DNA of 64,000 nucleotides from Heteronotia binoei (Eukaryota): contig NC_083233.1 in assembly GCF_032191835.1 (NCBI RefSeq), positions 25,668,001-25,732,000 on the forward strand, given 5' to 3'. The notes beneath the pieces were generated by a model that worked only from the letters and a program-made list of their open reading frames with translations, did not search any database and had not been told where the DNA came from. Made by a program: the position numbers and the translations under genes. The number at the start of each line of letters is the position of its first letter. The first letter of the stretch is position 1. Below are positions 33,158 to 46,300 of this stretch, in pieces.

Positions 33158-34554
33158 GTTATCTCCAGCCCATCTTCTACTGAGCTAGCTCATGTTTTTA
33201 TAGGCTACCAGCATGCCTTTTCCCAGCTTTTTCAGGGAGAGACAGAAACGGCATAGCCAATGAAATTTTAGCTGAACATCTGCATTTTGTTATGGTGCTA
33301 AAAATCTTAAGGATTGAGAGTCAGGCAGATGGATGTTTTAATAATGGATTTGTAGTATGGGATGGGTTCTCTGGACACATAGCCCTGGGGGAAAAGATCT
33401 GTTTTGCTCTCTCTGCCCTTCATGCCTGGGCTATGAACCTTGTTCTTATCCTCTTTCCTCCTTTGGTAGCATTCTTAATGCTTCCATGCACGTATGTGTA
33501 GAAAAGCAATACCTATGGTCTATTAAGCTCTGTTACGCTGGGTGGTATAGCAGCATCCCATCGCATGTGCCATTTAATAAGGAGTGACTCATTTCTCTAG
33601 TGGTAAAGTTCTTCCTTTGACTTCGCTGATGTCAAAGTAAAAAGAACTCTGTGTGTGTATGTGAAATGATTCAATTGCTTTTCATACCAACATTTCCTTA
33701 TCTTCCTCTTTTTTTCTCTGTGTCCAAACACATCCAACAGTCAAATATATTTCCCTTTTAAGATATGGCAAACCTTTGGCTTGCCCTGGCTTGTCCCCTT
33801 GTGATGAATTAGAAGAGAATTAATAATAACAGGAATATTAGAATACAGTTCTTTTTTTTATTTCATGGTCAGGCTCCACTTCTAGAAAAATCCACACTCG
33901 GAGCAGCTTCATAAACTGAAAATAAATACTGCCTTCCTCTCTTCCCGCGATTGCCGACTTTGCAAATGGATTGCTCAAAATCACAGCAAAGGGAAGAGAT
34001 ATTTTCTTCTGAGTCACTCGACTGGAAATACAATTTTGAGCAAAGCAGAGCAGTATTTTCTCTCACCCCACTCTTTCTATTTCACTCAGGCTGATCAACA
34101 CCTCTAGGGACGTAGCATTTCTGATTCCACTCATTCCTTTGGGTCGATCCACTTTCTTCATTCTTAACTGTTTCACAAAAGTCCTGACAGGACAGGGAAG
34201 AAGAAAAAAAACCCACTCCTCTATTCTATTTCTGGTAATCGGTGCTACTGTGAATCAGGTACAGAGGAGTATTTCTTCGAATATATGGCCTGGGGTATGT
34301 GCAAAATTCCCCTGTGGAAGTTGGCTAGGCTTAGCAAAACTCTCTGGGCTTCTTTTACGCTTCCTTGGGTGTTTTGCTCAGGGATAAGCAGATCTGCCTC
34401 ATTCAATTCTTTCAGTGTTCTTTGGGTTTGTTCTACCTTGACTTCCATTTTCACTTAATTCCAGTTTAACTGAAGTATATTCAATTTGTGACAATGTTCA
34501 TTTCTTTCCATTCATTTATGACTTCTGGTATTTCCCCTTCTGGTATTGGGTTGG

Positions 34555-34760
34555 GTGGCTAGCCCGATCACCTCATATCTGGAAAGCTAAGCAGGGTTGG
34601 CCCTAGTTAGTATTTGGATGGGAGATCACCAGGGAATTTCAGGGTTGCTATGCAGAGTAAGGCAATGGCAAACCATCTCTGTTCATTACTTGCATTGAAA
34701 ACCCTAAGGGGTTGACATTAGTTGTCTGTGACCTAATGGCACTTTACACATACACATTGG
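34555..34760 (+). mobile_element. 5S rRNA-derived SINE with an RTE/BovB-like tail
   Basis: GCCCGATCACCTCATATCTGGAAAGCTAAGCAGGGTTGGCCCTAGTTAGTATTTGGATGGGAGATCACC resembles the central part of 5S rRNA; followed by GGCAATGGCAAACCATCTCTG and an ACAC tail. Confidence 0.7.
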
Positions 34761-34831
34761 GTTGGATGCAACTTCTGAAAAATGGAGAAAGAAGTCCTCT
34801 TCGGTTGCCAAAATGTCATATGGACACATGA

Positions 34832-35040
34832 GCACAAGAAGCTACCTTATACGCAATCAGACCATTGGTCCATCACAGACACTGTTGTCTACTCAGATTG
34901 GCAACAGCTGCTCTTCAGGGTCTCAGGCAGACATCTCCTGCCATCTACTGCCATGTTCTTTAGCTGAAGATGCCAGGGACTAAACCTGAGAGTTTATGCA
35001 TGCCAAGCGGATGCTCTACCATCAAGCCAAGGCTCTTCCC
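34832..35040 (-). mobile_element. Squam2-like SINE
   Basis: GAAGCTACCTTATACGCAATCAGACCATTGGTCCATC...GAAGATGCCAGGGACTAAACCTGAG. Confidence 0.7.
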
Positions 35041-35184
35041 CAACTCTCTTAGCTGGTGATCATAGGACCTGTAATGGCAAAAGCCATTTGGGACAGGTAC
35101 TGTAGTCAGGAGGAAAATTGGGTGAAATTGATCTAAAAAGCTGGTGGGATCCAACAGAATGTTACTGTGTGTCATCAAAAGACA

Positions 35185-35452
35185 GACCGATTTCCCACTC
35201 ACCTTACGCATCTCTCACGCTCCTCTTCTCAGCGGGGCTTCCATCCAATTTCACACTATCTGTCCCGGGGCTGCAAGCAACTAGCGTTGCCTTTTTCGCA
35301 CGGCAAACAGAAACCTCTAAAAACCAGTTTCTGTTTGCCGCACAAAAAAGGCGACTCTAGTTGCAGCCCTGGGGCAGATAGTGTGAAATCGGACGGAAGT
35401 CCCGCTGAGAAGAGGAGCATGAGAGAGGTGTAAGGCAAGTGGGAAATCAGTC
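35185..35452. mobile_element. Fold-back (fully palindromic) MITE, ~268 bp
   Basis: GACCGATTTCCCACT... pairs with ...AGTGGGAAATCAGTC; the arms pair imperfectly along the whole length up to a central CTCTAAAAACCA loop. Confidence 0.8.
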
Positions 35453-35952
35453 ACAAATGCTTTCAATATGTGTATGGGTGAACGCAGTCCACTTCCCAAC
35501 TGAAGCCCAAAGCCACACTAAAATTATCCCAGCACAAAGAAGAAAACCCTTCTCCTGTGACTTCTCATTCCCAAGAGCTTCACAATGGCCCATGGCCAGG
35601 CATTGAGCCATACAATTGGGAGGAGGGATCTTTCACAAAATGGCAAGTCATGAAGGATGATTCTAGGGGCATACTGAATTCCAGCAAGCCTTTAAATTGT
35701 GGTTATGTGCTGACAACAACTATCTGGCCAGCGGTCAGATGCAAAGGCATTACAAATATCCGTGTTTTAAATGGTCAACAAATGCAATATAGGATTCTTG
35801 ATCTGAGAGAAAACGAGCATTGCAAGCAAGATAGGTTTATGTTTTGTACTCAAGACTTGAAGACGTGTTTTGCAAAGATCAAAATGTAATTACACTAAAC
35901 ATATAAAACCCCAAGAATTGCCTGTACGCTTCTTTAGTGGTGGTAGAAAGGG

Positions 35953-36753
35953 TAGACTTCCCAATCCCCAGGTCTCATCAGGGGATTCTGCGGTTTGACA
36001 GGCTTCCTCCCGTCCCCAGCCAGCTGGCCAGTGGGGGAAGCCCCTCCCCCACAGCCACCATGTACCTCTAGATCTCTGGCAGGACTTGCAAACAGGTCTG
36101 GTTTTAAAATGTGTGTGTGCCTTTAAATTGGAGCAGGAAGTACTTCATGGGGAAGAGTTAGCAACAGCAGACTTGGTCAGAGTGCAGCCCCTTTGTTTGT
36201 TTTGCTTTCGTTTGGGCAAGTGAGTGTGTGTGTGTGTAAAAGAGCAATGTAGCCCCTGTACTTTCCAGACCTCGTTGTGGAGGTACCAGAGACAGTTAAG
36301 CATGTCTGTGAGTGAGAGAGAGAAAGCGGAGGGAGGGGAGGGAACTCTATTATTCCCTATGGAGACTTATTTTCATAGGAAATAATGAAGAATTGATCCG
36401 TGGGTCTCTGGGAGGACTATTTTTTGAGGTAAAGGCACCAGATTTGCAGCATAGCATCCAGTACCTCTTCCCAAAATACCCCCCAAGTTTCGAAAAGATT
36501 GGACCAGGGGGTCCAATTATATGAGTCCCAAAATAAGGTGCCCCTATCCTTCATTATTTCCTATGGAGGGAAGGGATTTAAAAGATGTGTGTTCCCTTTA
36601 AATGTGATGGCTAGAACTCCCTTGAAGTTCAATTATGCTTGTCACACCCTTGCTCCTGGCTCTGCCCCCAATGTCTTCTGGTTCCAACACAAAGTCTCCT
36701 GGTTCCACCCCCAAAGTCCCCAGATATTTCTTGAATTGGACTTGGCAAACCTA
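35953..36753 (-). mobile_element. ~801-bp non-autonomous hAT (same family as 19918-20713)
   Basis: Ends TAGACTTCCCAA / TTGGCAAACCTA; perfect 8-bp TSD AGAAAGGG (35945-35952, 36754-36761). Confidence 0.9.
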
Positions 36754-36761
36754 AGAAAGGG

Positions 36762-36935
36762 CCATCGAGTCACAGCTGATTTATGGCAACCCAGTAGGGT
36801 TTTCAAGGGGAGTGGTTTGCCATTGACTGCTTCACATCACAATCCTGATATGCCTTGGAGGTCTCCCATCACAATATTGCCAGGGCTGACCCTGCTTAGC
36901 TTCTGAGATCTGATGGAATTGGGCTATCTGGGTCC
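36762..36935 (-). mobile_element. 5S rRNA-derived SINE
   Basis: GGTCTCCCATC...CCCTGCTTAGCTTCTGAGATCTGATGGAATTGGGCTA is the reverse complement of the 5S-like head. Confidence 0.7.
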
Positions 36936-38149
36936 AGGAGCTTCTTTAGTGGTTATGTATCTGTGCTTTTCACAGTTTTGTTTCCTTAAGAATCTTGGGA
37001 AAGGAGATGTCAAACAGAACATTCTCAGCATGCTTCCCAAACTCCAAACATTCTTTGTGTGTGCGTAAGGTTTTTTAAAATAGTTCTATGATTATTGCAA
37101 ACCGAGGCCCTGCACACTTTCTAGGTTGGATGGAAACTGCTGGACAAGGAGCAAGGAGCCAAATGTAAACTCCCCATGTAGGTTCAAGCAGAAACATAGG
37201 CAGGGTTCTTTGACAGCCCCTTCAAGAACATGATCATATCTTGGTAGCAAGCCAAGAACTCCTGCTTCAGCTAGCACTTTGGCACTGGGGGCACTGTTGC
37301 GGTAGTATGAAAACAGAGGAACTATGAATCTTTCCCCCATACGATCCATTTTTCAAAGTGAAGGCTCCCTCATGAGAAATTTTCAAGTTATTGCTCTTAA
37401 AGTGATTTTGGAAGCTGTAAATTTGCTGTTGGGAAGAGAAATGGGAATTTTAAACCGACTCCCATGTAGGCCAGGCTGTTGTGGTTTTGCTTTTGCTTTG
37501 TCTGCTTTGCTTGGCTTTGCAAACCATGGCATCTCACAGATCTGTTTCTGCCCCCTGGATTCAATGGCATCTGTCCAGTCATGCAATTTCTCTGACAGAA
37601 CAGCATTTCCATTTCCGGAAGAGTGGCCAGGGATTTCTGCTGATTTTCTCCAACAACAGGCCCCACTTCCCCCTAGGTTAGGCCATCAAGGGCAGAGGTG
37701 ACTTAGCACTACATGTCAACTTCATGCCTGGGTGAAAACCTGGATGTGATGTCAGCACATCAGGCGACGCTTTGGAATTCCTGATAAGAAGAACAGAGTC
37801 CCTCACCAGCAGCCAGGTAAGACCTAGCAACACTAAACCAATGTGTGGGCTTATCAGATCTATCCCTCCTCTGCTTGGAGAGCCAGTTTGCTTGGTCACT
37901 CACCTGCCCATCTGTAAATCTTCCTCGAGTTGGGAGCAGTTACAGATGGGCAGGTAAGTGACCAAGCAACATCACCTATTGTGACATTTCATTGCTTTTG
38001 GTTTATTAGCCTGGATAGGTGAGCAACAGTGACAGCCAGGATTACTGACCTGCTTCCTCTCCTTTTGAAGAAGCAGCCGCAGTTGGAGCAATGATCTTCT
38101 CTAGCCCTTGGGAGATGAGTGGATGAGCAAGTCAGTGGCAATCAATGTG

Positions 38150-38350
38150 CTGTGTTGGTTAGTGGAGTAGGATCTGGGAGATCCAGGTTTGAATCCCCTG
38201 TCTCCCATGGATGCTCATTGGGTGACCTAAGGTGAGACACCCAGCCTAACCTACTTCACCAGGTTGTTGCAAGGTTAAAATGAAGGTAGGGAGAGCTATG
38301 TTCCATTGGGAAGAAAGGTTGGGTATAAATGAAATAAATAAAAATAAAAT
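38150..38350 (+). mobile_element. Older Squam3-like SINE
   Basis: GGTTAGTGGAGTAGGATCTGGGAGATCCAGGTTTGAATCCCC head, (AAATA)n tail. Confidence 0.65.
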
Positions 38351-38426
38351 AAACTCCTAGGTTCTATTCCAGTCTATGTGGATAAAATGAAGAAGGAAGA
38401 GCCATACAAGCATGCTTACTTACATT

Positions 38427-38936
38427 CAGTTTACGGCATCACATTTTAAGAAGGATATAGACAAGCTGGAACGGGTCCAGAGGAGGGCGACGAAGATGGT
38501 GAGGGGTCTGGAGACCGTCCTATGAAGAAAGGTTGAAGGAGCTGGGAATGTTTAGCCTGGAGAGGAGGTGGCTGAGAGGTGATAGGATCACCATCTTCAA
38601 GTACTTGAAGGGCTGTCATATAGAGGATGGTGTGGAATTGTTTTTTGTGGCCCCATAAGGTAGGACCAGAACCAATGGGTTGAAATTAAATCAAAAGAGT
38701 TTCTGACTCAACATTAGGAAGAACTTCCTGGCTGTTAGAGCTGCTCCTCAGTGGAACAGACTTCCTCAGGAGGTGGTGGGCTCTCCATCCTTGGAGGTTT
38801 TTAAACAGAGGCTAGATGGCCATCTGACAGCAATGGTGATCCTGTGAATTTAGGGGGAGGTATTTGTGAGTTTCTTGCATTGTGCAGGGGGTTGGGCTAG
38901 ATGACATTGGAGGTCCCTTCCAACTCTATGATTCTA
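38427..38936 (+). mobile_element. 5'-truncated CR1 LINE 3' end (TTCTATGA tail)
   Basis: Colinear and highly similar to 59060-59566; ends CCTTCCAACTCTATGATTCTA. Confidence 0.9.
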
Positions 38937-39067
38937 AGCTGCTCTGAGTTCCTTGAAGGAAGATTAGGATATAAATCTTCAAGACAGATAGGGAAGGACT
39001 ACACCCTTTGTAAACAGAAGCTCAGTCTAATCCTGAACCTTTAAATACACATTGAGTACACAAATGA

Positions 39068-39245
39068 CACTGCCTTATACTGAATCAGACCCTTGGTCCA
39101 TCAAGGTCAGTATTGTCTACTCAGACCAGCAGTGGCTCTCCATGTCACTTACTACCTGATCCTTTCTAACTGGAGATGCCAGAGACTGTGCCTGGGACCT
39201 TCTGCATGTCAAGCAGATGCTCTTCCACTGAGCCATGGCCCCCTC
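39068..39245 (-). mobile_element. Squam2-like SINE
   Basis: CTGCCTTATACTGAATCAGACCCTTGGTCCATCAAGG...GCAGATGCTCTTCCACTGAGCCATGGCCCC (tRNA-like head on the minus strand). Confidence 0.8.
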
Positions 39246-40154
39246 TCCTTGTGACCAGTTATTACTTGTGCTATTGCCAGATGCCCTTGTCCATAACAGA
39301 ATGTGGTGAGAGCCATCTCTTGGAAACAGAGAAGGATACATAGTGTGGAGTGGACCCCAAAGAAGTGATGAGGAGAAAAGGAATTAATCTGGGTAATGCC
39401 GTTGAAAGAGGGGGGTGGAAAGAAAATGGAAATGAATTGCAGCAAATATTTCACTTGTCTTTGGGAAAAAAGCAGATTGGGGACAATTCTCATTTCCTCT
39501 TTCCCTGCCTCGCATCCAAATCAAGACGTCCTAGTAACAAAGAAGGTTGTAAAACTCTTTGGAGCTCTTGAGGTTGTTGGCTTTCTTCAAAAACAGCATG
39601 AATATTCAAATTGAATAAAGTAGTCGTTCAATTAAAAATTATTAAAATGAGCTTCAGGTTTTGTATTTTTTCCCCCATCCATGTACCATACTTACAGTTA
39701 TATGTTATGGAGCTCAGTGATGCTTTGAAGCAAAAATAATGTCTGAGGAACTCATTAAATACTAAATCCTATCAAAACTAGGACCCCTGTCTGAAATTAA
39801 TATAATTTGCAAAGCATTACTTTTTTTTCTGTTGCTTATAGCTGCACACCGGTGGAACAGAGGGAAGAAATCATAGAAAATAATGAATTGAAAATAATGA
39901 ATTGGGGTTTTGCAGAAAAACAGAAATTCAGATAACCACCATAGATCGTCATTAACCTCCCAAGGATGAAATCATGGACTGTCTGTCATGTGGGGCTGAT
40001 GGTCTCATATTTTTCCCCTTCTCAACTCGAAGATTCAGATGTTAGAGGCAGGAGAACCCCAAAGAACAACTCTAGCAACTTATACTAAAAATCTAGATAT
40101 TTAACTTAGTTAGAGCCTTTTAACCTGCCTTTTTTTGGAACACTGGGCTTAGGA

Positions 40155-40544
40155 TAAGGTTGCCATCCTCCAGGTGGAGTGGGGTGATCTCCTGGAATCA
40201 CAGTGTTCCCTCTAAGCTGAGTTAGTGTGAGCTAGCTCACAGGTTTTTAGCCTCCAGCTCTTTTTGTTTCAGCTCTGGAAGGATGACCCCAGAGCACAAT
40301 AATGTATGCAGTAGCTCACAACTTTAAAGCCGGTAGCTCACAACTTTAATACCAGTAGCACACAAAGTAGCATTTTTTCTCACAAGACTCTGCAGCTTAG
40401 AGGGAACATTCACAACACATCTCCACTTGACACAGATCAGTTCCCCTGGAGAAAATGGCTGCTTTGGTATGGCATTATACACTGCTGAGGTCCTCCCCAG
40501 GTTTCGCCCCTTCCCAGATCTCCCAGCCTTGAATTGCAACCCTA
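40155..40544. mobile_element. TAGGGTTGCCA-family MITE with a nested CAGTGTTCCC-family MITE (40201-40410)
   Basis: Host TSD GCTTAGGA / GTTTAGGA; nested TIRs CAGTGTTCCCTCTAAGCTG / CAGCTTAGAGGGAACATT. Confidence 0.78.
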
Positions 40545-40715
40545 GTTTAGGACCACATTGTAACAAGGGATTTCCACCCTCACCTGAAAAAAGGTAAAAG
40601 TAGGAACAAGAACTAGAAAATAGGAGCATTCACTGTAAATAGTTGGAGCATACAACATTTCAATCCAATGAGTGCATTTTTATTTCATCCTTCCTCTAAG
40701 AAGCCCAGGGCGATA

Positions 40716-41165
40716 TAGGGTTGCCAATCCCCAGTTGCGGGCTGGGAATCCCCTGGTTTGGAGGCCCTCCCCCACTTCAGGGTTAGCCGAAAGCGAAGGG
40801 GGGGAGTTGAATGTTCCCATAGGGTATAATGAAGAATTGATCCATGGGTATCTGGGACTCAGGGGTGGGGTTTTTTTATAGGTAGAGGCACCAGATTCTC
40901 AGCATAGTATCTGGTGCTTCTCCTAAACCCCCTCCCCCAAGTTTCAAAAAGATTGGACCAGGGGATCCAATTCTATGAGCCCCCAAAGAAAGTGTCTCCA
41001 TCCTCCATTATTTCCAATGTAGGGAAGGCATGTCAAAGAAGCATGTTCCCATAAAATGCGATGGCCAGGACTCCCTTTGGAGTTCAATTGTGCTTGTCAC
41101 AACCTTGCTGCTGGCTCCACCCCCCAAATCCTCATATATTTCCTGAGTTGAATCTGGCAGTCATA
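40716..41165 (-). mobile_element. Shorter, older relative of the 19918/35953 hAT family
   Basis: Ends TAGGGTTGCCAA / TGGCAGTCATA; internal GAAGAATTGATCC...GGCACCAGATT...CAAGTTTCAAAAAGATTGGACCAG matches 36380-36510. Confidence 0.75.
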
Positions 41166-42253
41166 GTGACATATATAATTCTCCCTTCCTCCATCTTGTC
41201 CCCATATCAGCCCTGTGAGATAGGTTAAATAAAGGAGATTTATTGTCAGGCATGGTGAAGGCTCAGATCCAGAACCTAAGGCCAGTAGATCCAAAGACTT
41301 GCTCTATGCATTGTTCAAACTGCCTGCCTTCACAGGGCTGCCAATGTCAAGATGGGGCTTGGAGTTTTCCAAGAATTACAACTGATCTCCAGACTCCACA
41401 GATAAGTTTCCATAGAGGAAATGCTAGCTTCTGATCACTCTCTGGCAGGGCAGGCACTAGGCTTTTTGGTGGCCTAGGCAAGGTCCCACTTCCCCATATC
41501 CCCTTCTGCTGACAGCCCCACACCCCTGACTTCCTGCCCAGCCTCCTGCCCACTTGCCTGGCCATGCCCTTCCTCCCCCCGCACTCACTTGGCTGAAGAG
41601 ACTGCAATCTTTGCCTGTCCGAGTCCCTTTGTGTAGTTGTGGGCTGGTGTGTGTGTGAGACAAAGAGTGACCGCCCAGCTGCTGGCGTCTAGCCCAAGGC
41701 ATATGCGTCCTTCCTTTTTTTTGTTTTGTTTTGCTGACTTGAACTTCCTGGAAAATTAACAGCAACCCCCCTCCCCCAATTTGTCTCCTGGCTGCTTTGC
41801 ACTTCTCCCAAGCCTGGCAGCTGGAGTTAGAGAGGAGTTGCAGATTGGGTTGTGGGGCTAAAGAGAAGGAAAGGGGGGGCAGCAAAGGAGGAGAAGGAGG
41901 GAAAGTTGGCAGTGGGTTGAGAAAGACAGGAGGAGGTGGGGAGAGGGAGTAGCAGTATATAGCCTGCAAGTGGCTACAAGTCTCAGTCCCTCTCTCCTGA
42001 CATTTGCAAGTATGCCACAAGCCCTTCACCTCTGACCTGCTGGCAACGGGAGCAAGTGGAAGCTGCTCTGTCATGAGGTGGAAGCAGCAGCTTAGGATGC
42101 CAGGCCAGCTTTGTATGTGCCACTGCAAGTCACATGGAGGGTGCCCAATCTGGAGTCCCCAAGAGCCACCAACCTAGACAATGGCCTACGGTCACCTAGC
42201 AAGCATGCCAGTACCTCAGTGGGGTACAGTGCCATAGAGTCCACCCTCCAGTT

Positions 42254-42548
42254 GAGAGCCAGTTTGATGTAGTGGTTAAGTGTGCAGACTCTTATCTGGG
42301 AGAACTGGGTTTGATTGCCCACTCCTCCACTTGCAGCTGCTGGAATGGCCTTGGGTCAGCCATAGGTCTGGCAGAGGTTGTCCTTGAAAGGACAGCTGCT
42401 GTGAGAGCCCTCTCACCCCACCCACCTCACAGGGTGTCTGTTGTGGGGGAGGAAGATAAAGGAGATTGTGAGACGCTCTGAGACTCTGAGATTCGGAGTG
42501 GAGGGTGGGGTATAAATCCAATATCTTCTTCATCTTCATCTTCTACTG
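42254..42548 (+). mobile_element. Squam3-like SINE
   Basis: GAGAGCCAGTTTGATGTAGTGGTTAAG head; (CTT/CAT)n tail. Confidence 0.88.
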
Positions 42549-42864
42549 AGCTCTCATCTCCCTGAAGTCTGACTTCCCCATGAAGTGCCTATAAATCTCC
42601 TGGATTTTCCAAAGCCAGAATTGCCAGCTCAAGGGAGTGCTGATGAACTATTTCTCTATGCACCACAGTGTCCTTATCAAGATAGTCAGATGAGGAGCCA
42701 CACCCTGCTGAGGTAACCTGACTGAAAGGTCCAATAAGATTTTGCCTGGAGGTATAAAAGTGATGCTTTCCTCTAGCCTAGGCCATTCAGTGTAAGGACC
42801 TTATATGTGGCATGAAGACTGTTCCAACTCTAGTGATCCTGGTTCTTGATCCTGGCTGCTTTGG

Positions 42865-43331
42865 AGGAAGAAGAGATTGGATTTAGACCCTGGTGTTCAC
42901 TACCCAAAGAAGTCTCAGAGTGGTTTATAATCTTCTTTCTCTTCCCCTCCCCACAACAGACACCCTGTGATGTAGGTGGGGCTGAAAGACTCTTTCAAGA
43001 ACTGCTCTTGAGCAGAACAGCTCTGAGAGAACTTGTGGCTCTCTGTCTGGGGCAAGTGATGCTCTGCATTCTTGGTGCTGAGGAGGAGCAACAGTGTGAG
43101 GACTTTTAGTGTTCTGACCCCACTGATGGACCTCCTGATGGAACTTGGGTTCTTTGGCCACTGTGTGACACAGAGTGTTGGACTGGATGGGCCATTGGCC
43201 TGATCCAACATAGCTTCTCTTATGTGCTTATGTGGCTGACCCAAAGTGGTGCATGTGAAGGAGTGGGGAATCAAACCTGGTTCTTCCAGATAAGAATCAG
43301 TGCTCTTAACCACTACTCCAAACTTGCTCTC
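42865..43331 (-). mobile_element. Squam3-like SINE inserted in a MITE and interrupted by a CR1 tail (43041-43230)
   Basis: CR1 insert has TSD TGTGGCT (43034-43040, 43231-43237). MITE sequence CCTCCA(AAGCAGCC) flanks both SINE ends. Confidence 0.8.
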
Positions 43332-46300
43332 AACTGGAGGGTGGACTCTATGGCACTGTACCCCACTGAGGTACTGTACTCCCCATATCTTCAGGAGTTC
43401 CCCAACCTGGATCTGGCAACCCCCCCATCCCCCACCACTGGCTGGGGGAGGGGACCTGACAGCTCTGTCCTGAACTGCTGTATAGATTCTGACTCCTTCC
43501 AAGACTTCAACTGTTCTTCTGTACCGTTTGGAAGTGCCCCTGGACCTTACTTTGAATCTCCTTGGCATTTTCTTTCCTGGATGACATGCTTCATGTCTCA
43601 GCACCTGACATATCTCAGCACCTGACAATGACCCAAGGTCACCCAATCAGCTTCATGGGTGAGGGTAAATGAGATGAAGTTCACCTGTCTAGGTCTGTCT
43701 ATAAAATGCAAACTGCAGGATCTTGCATCCTCAGTTTGCCTAAGGAACAGGTGGAAGGAGAGAGGGGTTTTAACCCTTCAGCCTCCATTGGGTTTTGCTG
43801 TTCTCCCCATTGTTAGCATTTTAAAGAAAGAAAGATGCATTCCAGGTTTTATCCTGGCTCCCTGACCACTGTAACATACTGAAATTGGCCACTGCACTGA
43901 GAACTAGGCCAGCATTTAAAGAGGAAGGGAGCTGGCACAGAGTCCATTTAAATAGCTGAATAAAATGGATGCAAATTTGTTGCAGAACGATGAATATATT
44001 AAAGAGAAAACAATAGTCTCCCATTTAAGGGGGGGTGGGAAGTGAAAATGAAGTGGTAAGAGCAGTTTCATCTCATCGAAAAGAGCTGAAATTAACACAG
44101 AGATATACACTCACACCACACAAATCAGTTGTTGGTTAAACTGTGAAAATCAGAAAGAAAAAAACCCTTGAGTTTACTAGGAGGCTGGTGGCAGACGGAC
44201 ACTGTGGAGAGTGAGTACTTCCCCCTTCCATGTTCAGCTTTTTGGAACTAAAAGGAAAAAGTTTTTGAAGGTTTCATCCAAAGAGTTAACCCAGCTAAAT
44301 TAATTGGCTATTTTACAGAACATGTTCACTGGCGAGTTTTCATAAAATATACATCCGCCGGACAAGCTTGACTTTAATGAAATTCTGATTCTTTGTTGCC
44401 TCTCGTCTGAGGTGGAGTAGAAGGAGGCAATCAATACCGTCTGAAACAGACGTTACTCATTAAAATTCTAGACTGACAATACAGGCCCGAGTCTATCGCT
44501 TAGGAGACTGGGGAAGTGTGTGGAAAATGGCACTTGCCTATTGTGTTTTTTAAACACTTCCCTTGTATGCTGTAAACTTAGCAGGTGTCAGTTTCCTTCC
44601 TGCATTTGACAGCAGGTAGCAGCTTGAAGGTTGTGTGTGTGTGTATGTGTGGACTGGGAGTGGTGGTGGGGAGAACGCAGTTCTCCTTTAACTTCCTTCT
44701 TCTAATGTGGAAACACTCCCCACCCCCAACAGCCAGTTCTCATACAACATATAGGCGGTTGTCTTCACAGAGCTCAGCTGTTATTTTTAATGTGGAATGT
44801 GGAATATTAAACTGTTTATCTTGTTATTGAAGTCATAAGGAGGCTCTTTCATGTCATCCTTTCTATTTTATTTGGTTTCCGATGCCTTCATTAACTTTTC
44901 ATAGGAGAGATCTGTAATTTACAGCTTCAAAGAACTTTCAAAACGTAAGTTTTAGGAACGACAAGTCAAATCATGCACACACACAGCGCTATCTGGTTTT
45001 CTCTCCCTCCCCCACCTCCTTTCTCCCTTTTTTGTTGTTGTTGTATGAGTAAAAAATAACAAGGGATTCATCTGGAATAATTCAAAAAAGAATTATATTT
45101 TGACTCAATATCAATCAATGAAAATTGAAGGTCAAACCAGCTCTTACAACAGGGGTGGAGTTGGGGGGTGTTGTAGAGGCATTTCTGTTCTGGAAGGCCA
45201 AAGCATCGCATTCTGAATTAATTCCTGGCATTATATTGTCCAGGGACCAACAACATTCTGCATATATTTATTGATATTGGAGTTGCACCAACTATTTTGA
45301 CATCCTAACTCTGTAAATAGAGTGGGGAGGGGGAGGGAAAATATAACAGCATCTGCACTGCAGGGTTTCAGTTTCTCTTTCTTTTATGTTTGCAGAAGTG
45401 GCCTTGTTTGGGAAGATTGGCAGACCCAACACAGAACTAGTGAAGTCGATTGGACTTTGATGTACATCCTCACTTTGCTTCGTTCTTCATTCTGTTTCTT
45501 CCACGTAGAGCTTGGAAGGCCTGTGTTCTTTGAAAGGGTCTCCATATTCTCAGAGCCAGGCTTAAAAGAGTGGAGTATGAGAACTCACCTCCAGGTGCTT
45601 GGAAGAATGCTTCTTATGAAGCCCTCCCACATCCACTTCCCTCCCTCAGAGGCAAGATTTTCCCTCCATTTCTCTTTCCCTTTACTGAATGAGCCACCCT
45701 AGTAATGTGTTTTCGTCTTTGCTAAAGAACTCTGGCTGTCACACCCTGTCACAGTATGATATTTTGGCTGTTGGCTCAGGGGCCCTCTTTAACTTAAACA
45801 AATGTCACTCAAGATATTTTGAAATTAAAAAATGACATAATGTTTTATTTCACATAGAGGGGAAGGGTCAAGTGAAATCAGGGGTTGAGATTTCTGAGGT
45901 AAAACCAGTACATGCACAGACTTTAGTTCTTATATTTAAGGCTAATGAGAGTTTCTTAAGCTTCTCACAGTGACTTAAATCTTTATACTCCACTTACTTT
46001 ACCTGAACAACAGAAGAGGACTATGGAATTGCCACATAGACCTAATAGATCTTTACTTGGGCCTTCTGTGAAGGACTCCTTTCCACCTGCAGATGAGGAC
46101 ACTCCTTCCTTTACTTAGGATAAAAAATTCTGAGGCGCTCAAATTGAAATTTCATCCCAGAGGCAATATTCATTTTTTTTTTTATCCTGGAATATTGCTG
46201 GATGGTCATCTATGAAAACTGACCCTTCCTTTTGGGAATAATCTCTCTTCATTTGACATCATATTCTTTCAAGAGGCCTGGGCCCAAGCCTCTACTATGG

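Noticed and set aside
34555-34660. 5S rRNA gene
   Set aside because: Diverged, partial and fused to a retroposon tail; it is a SINE.
37092-37701. Cluster of 66-125 aa ORFs
   Set aside because: No recognisable domain, ORFs on both strands, and lengths within chance expectation.
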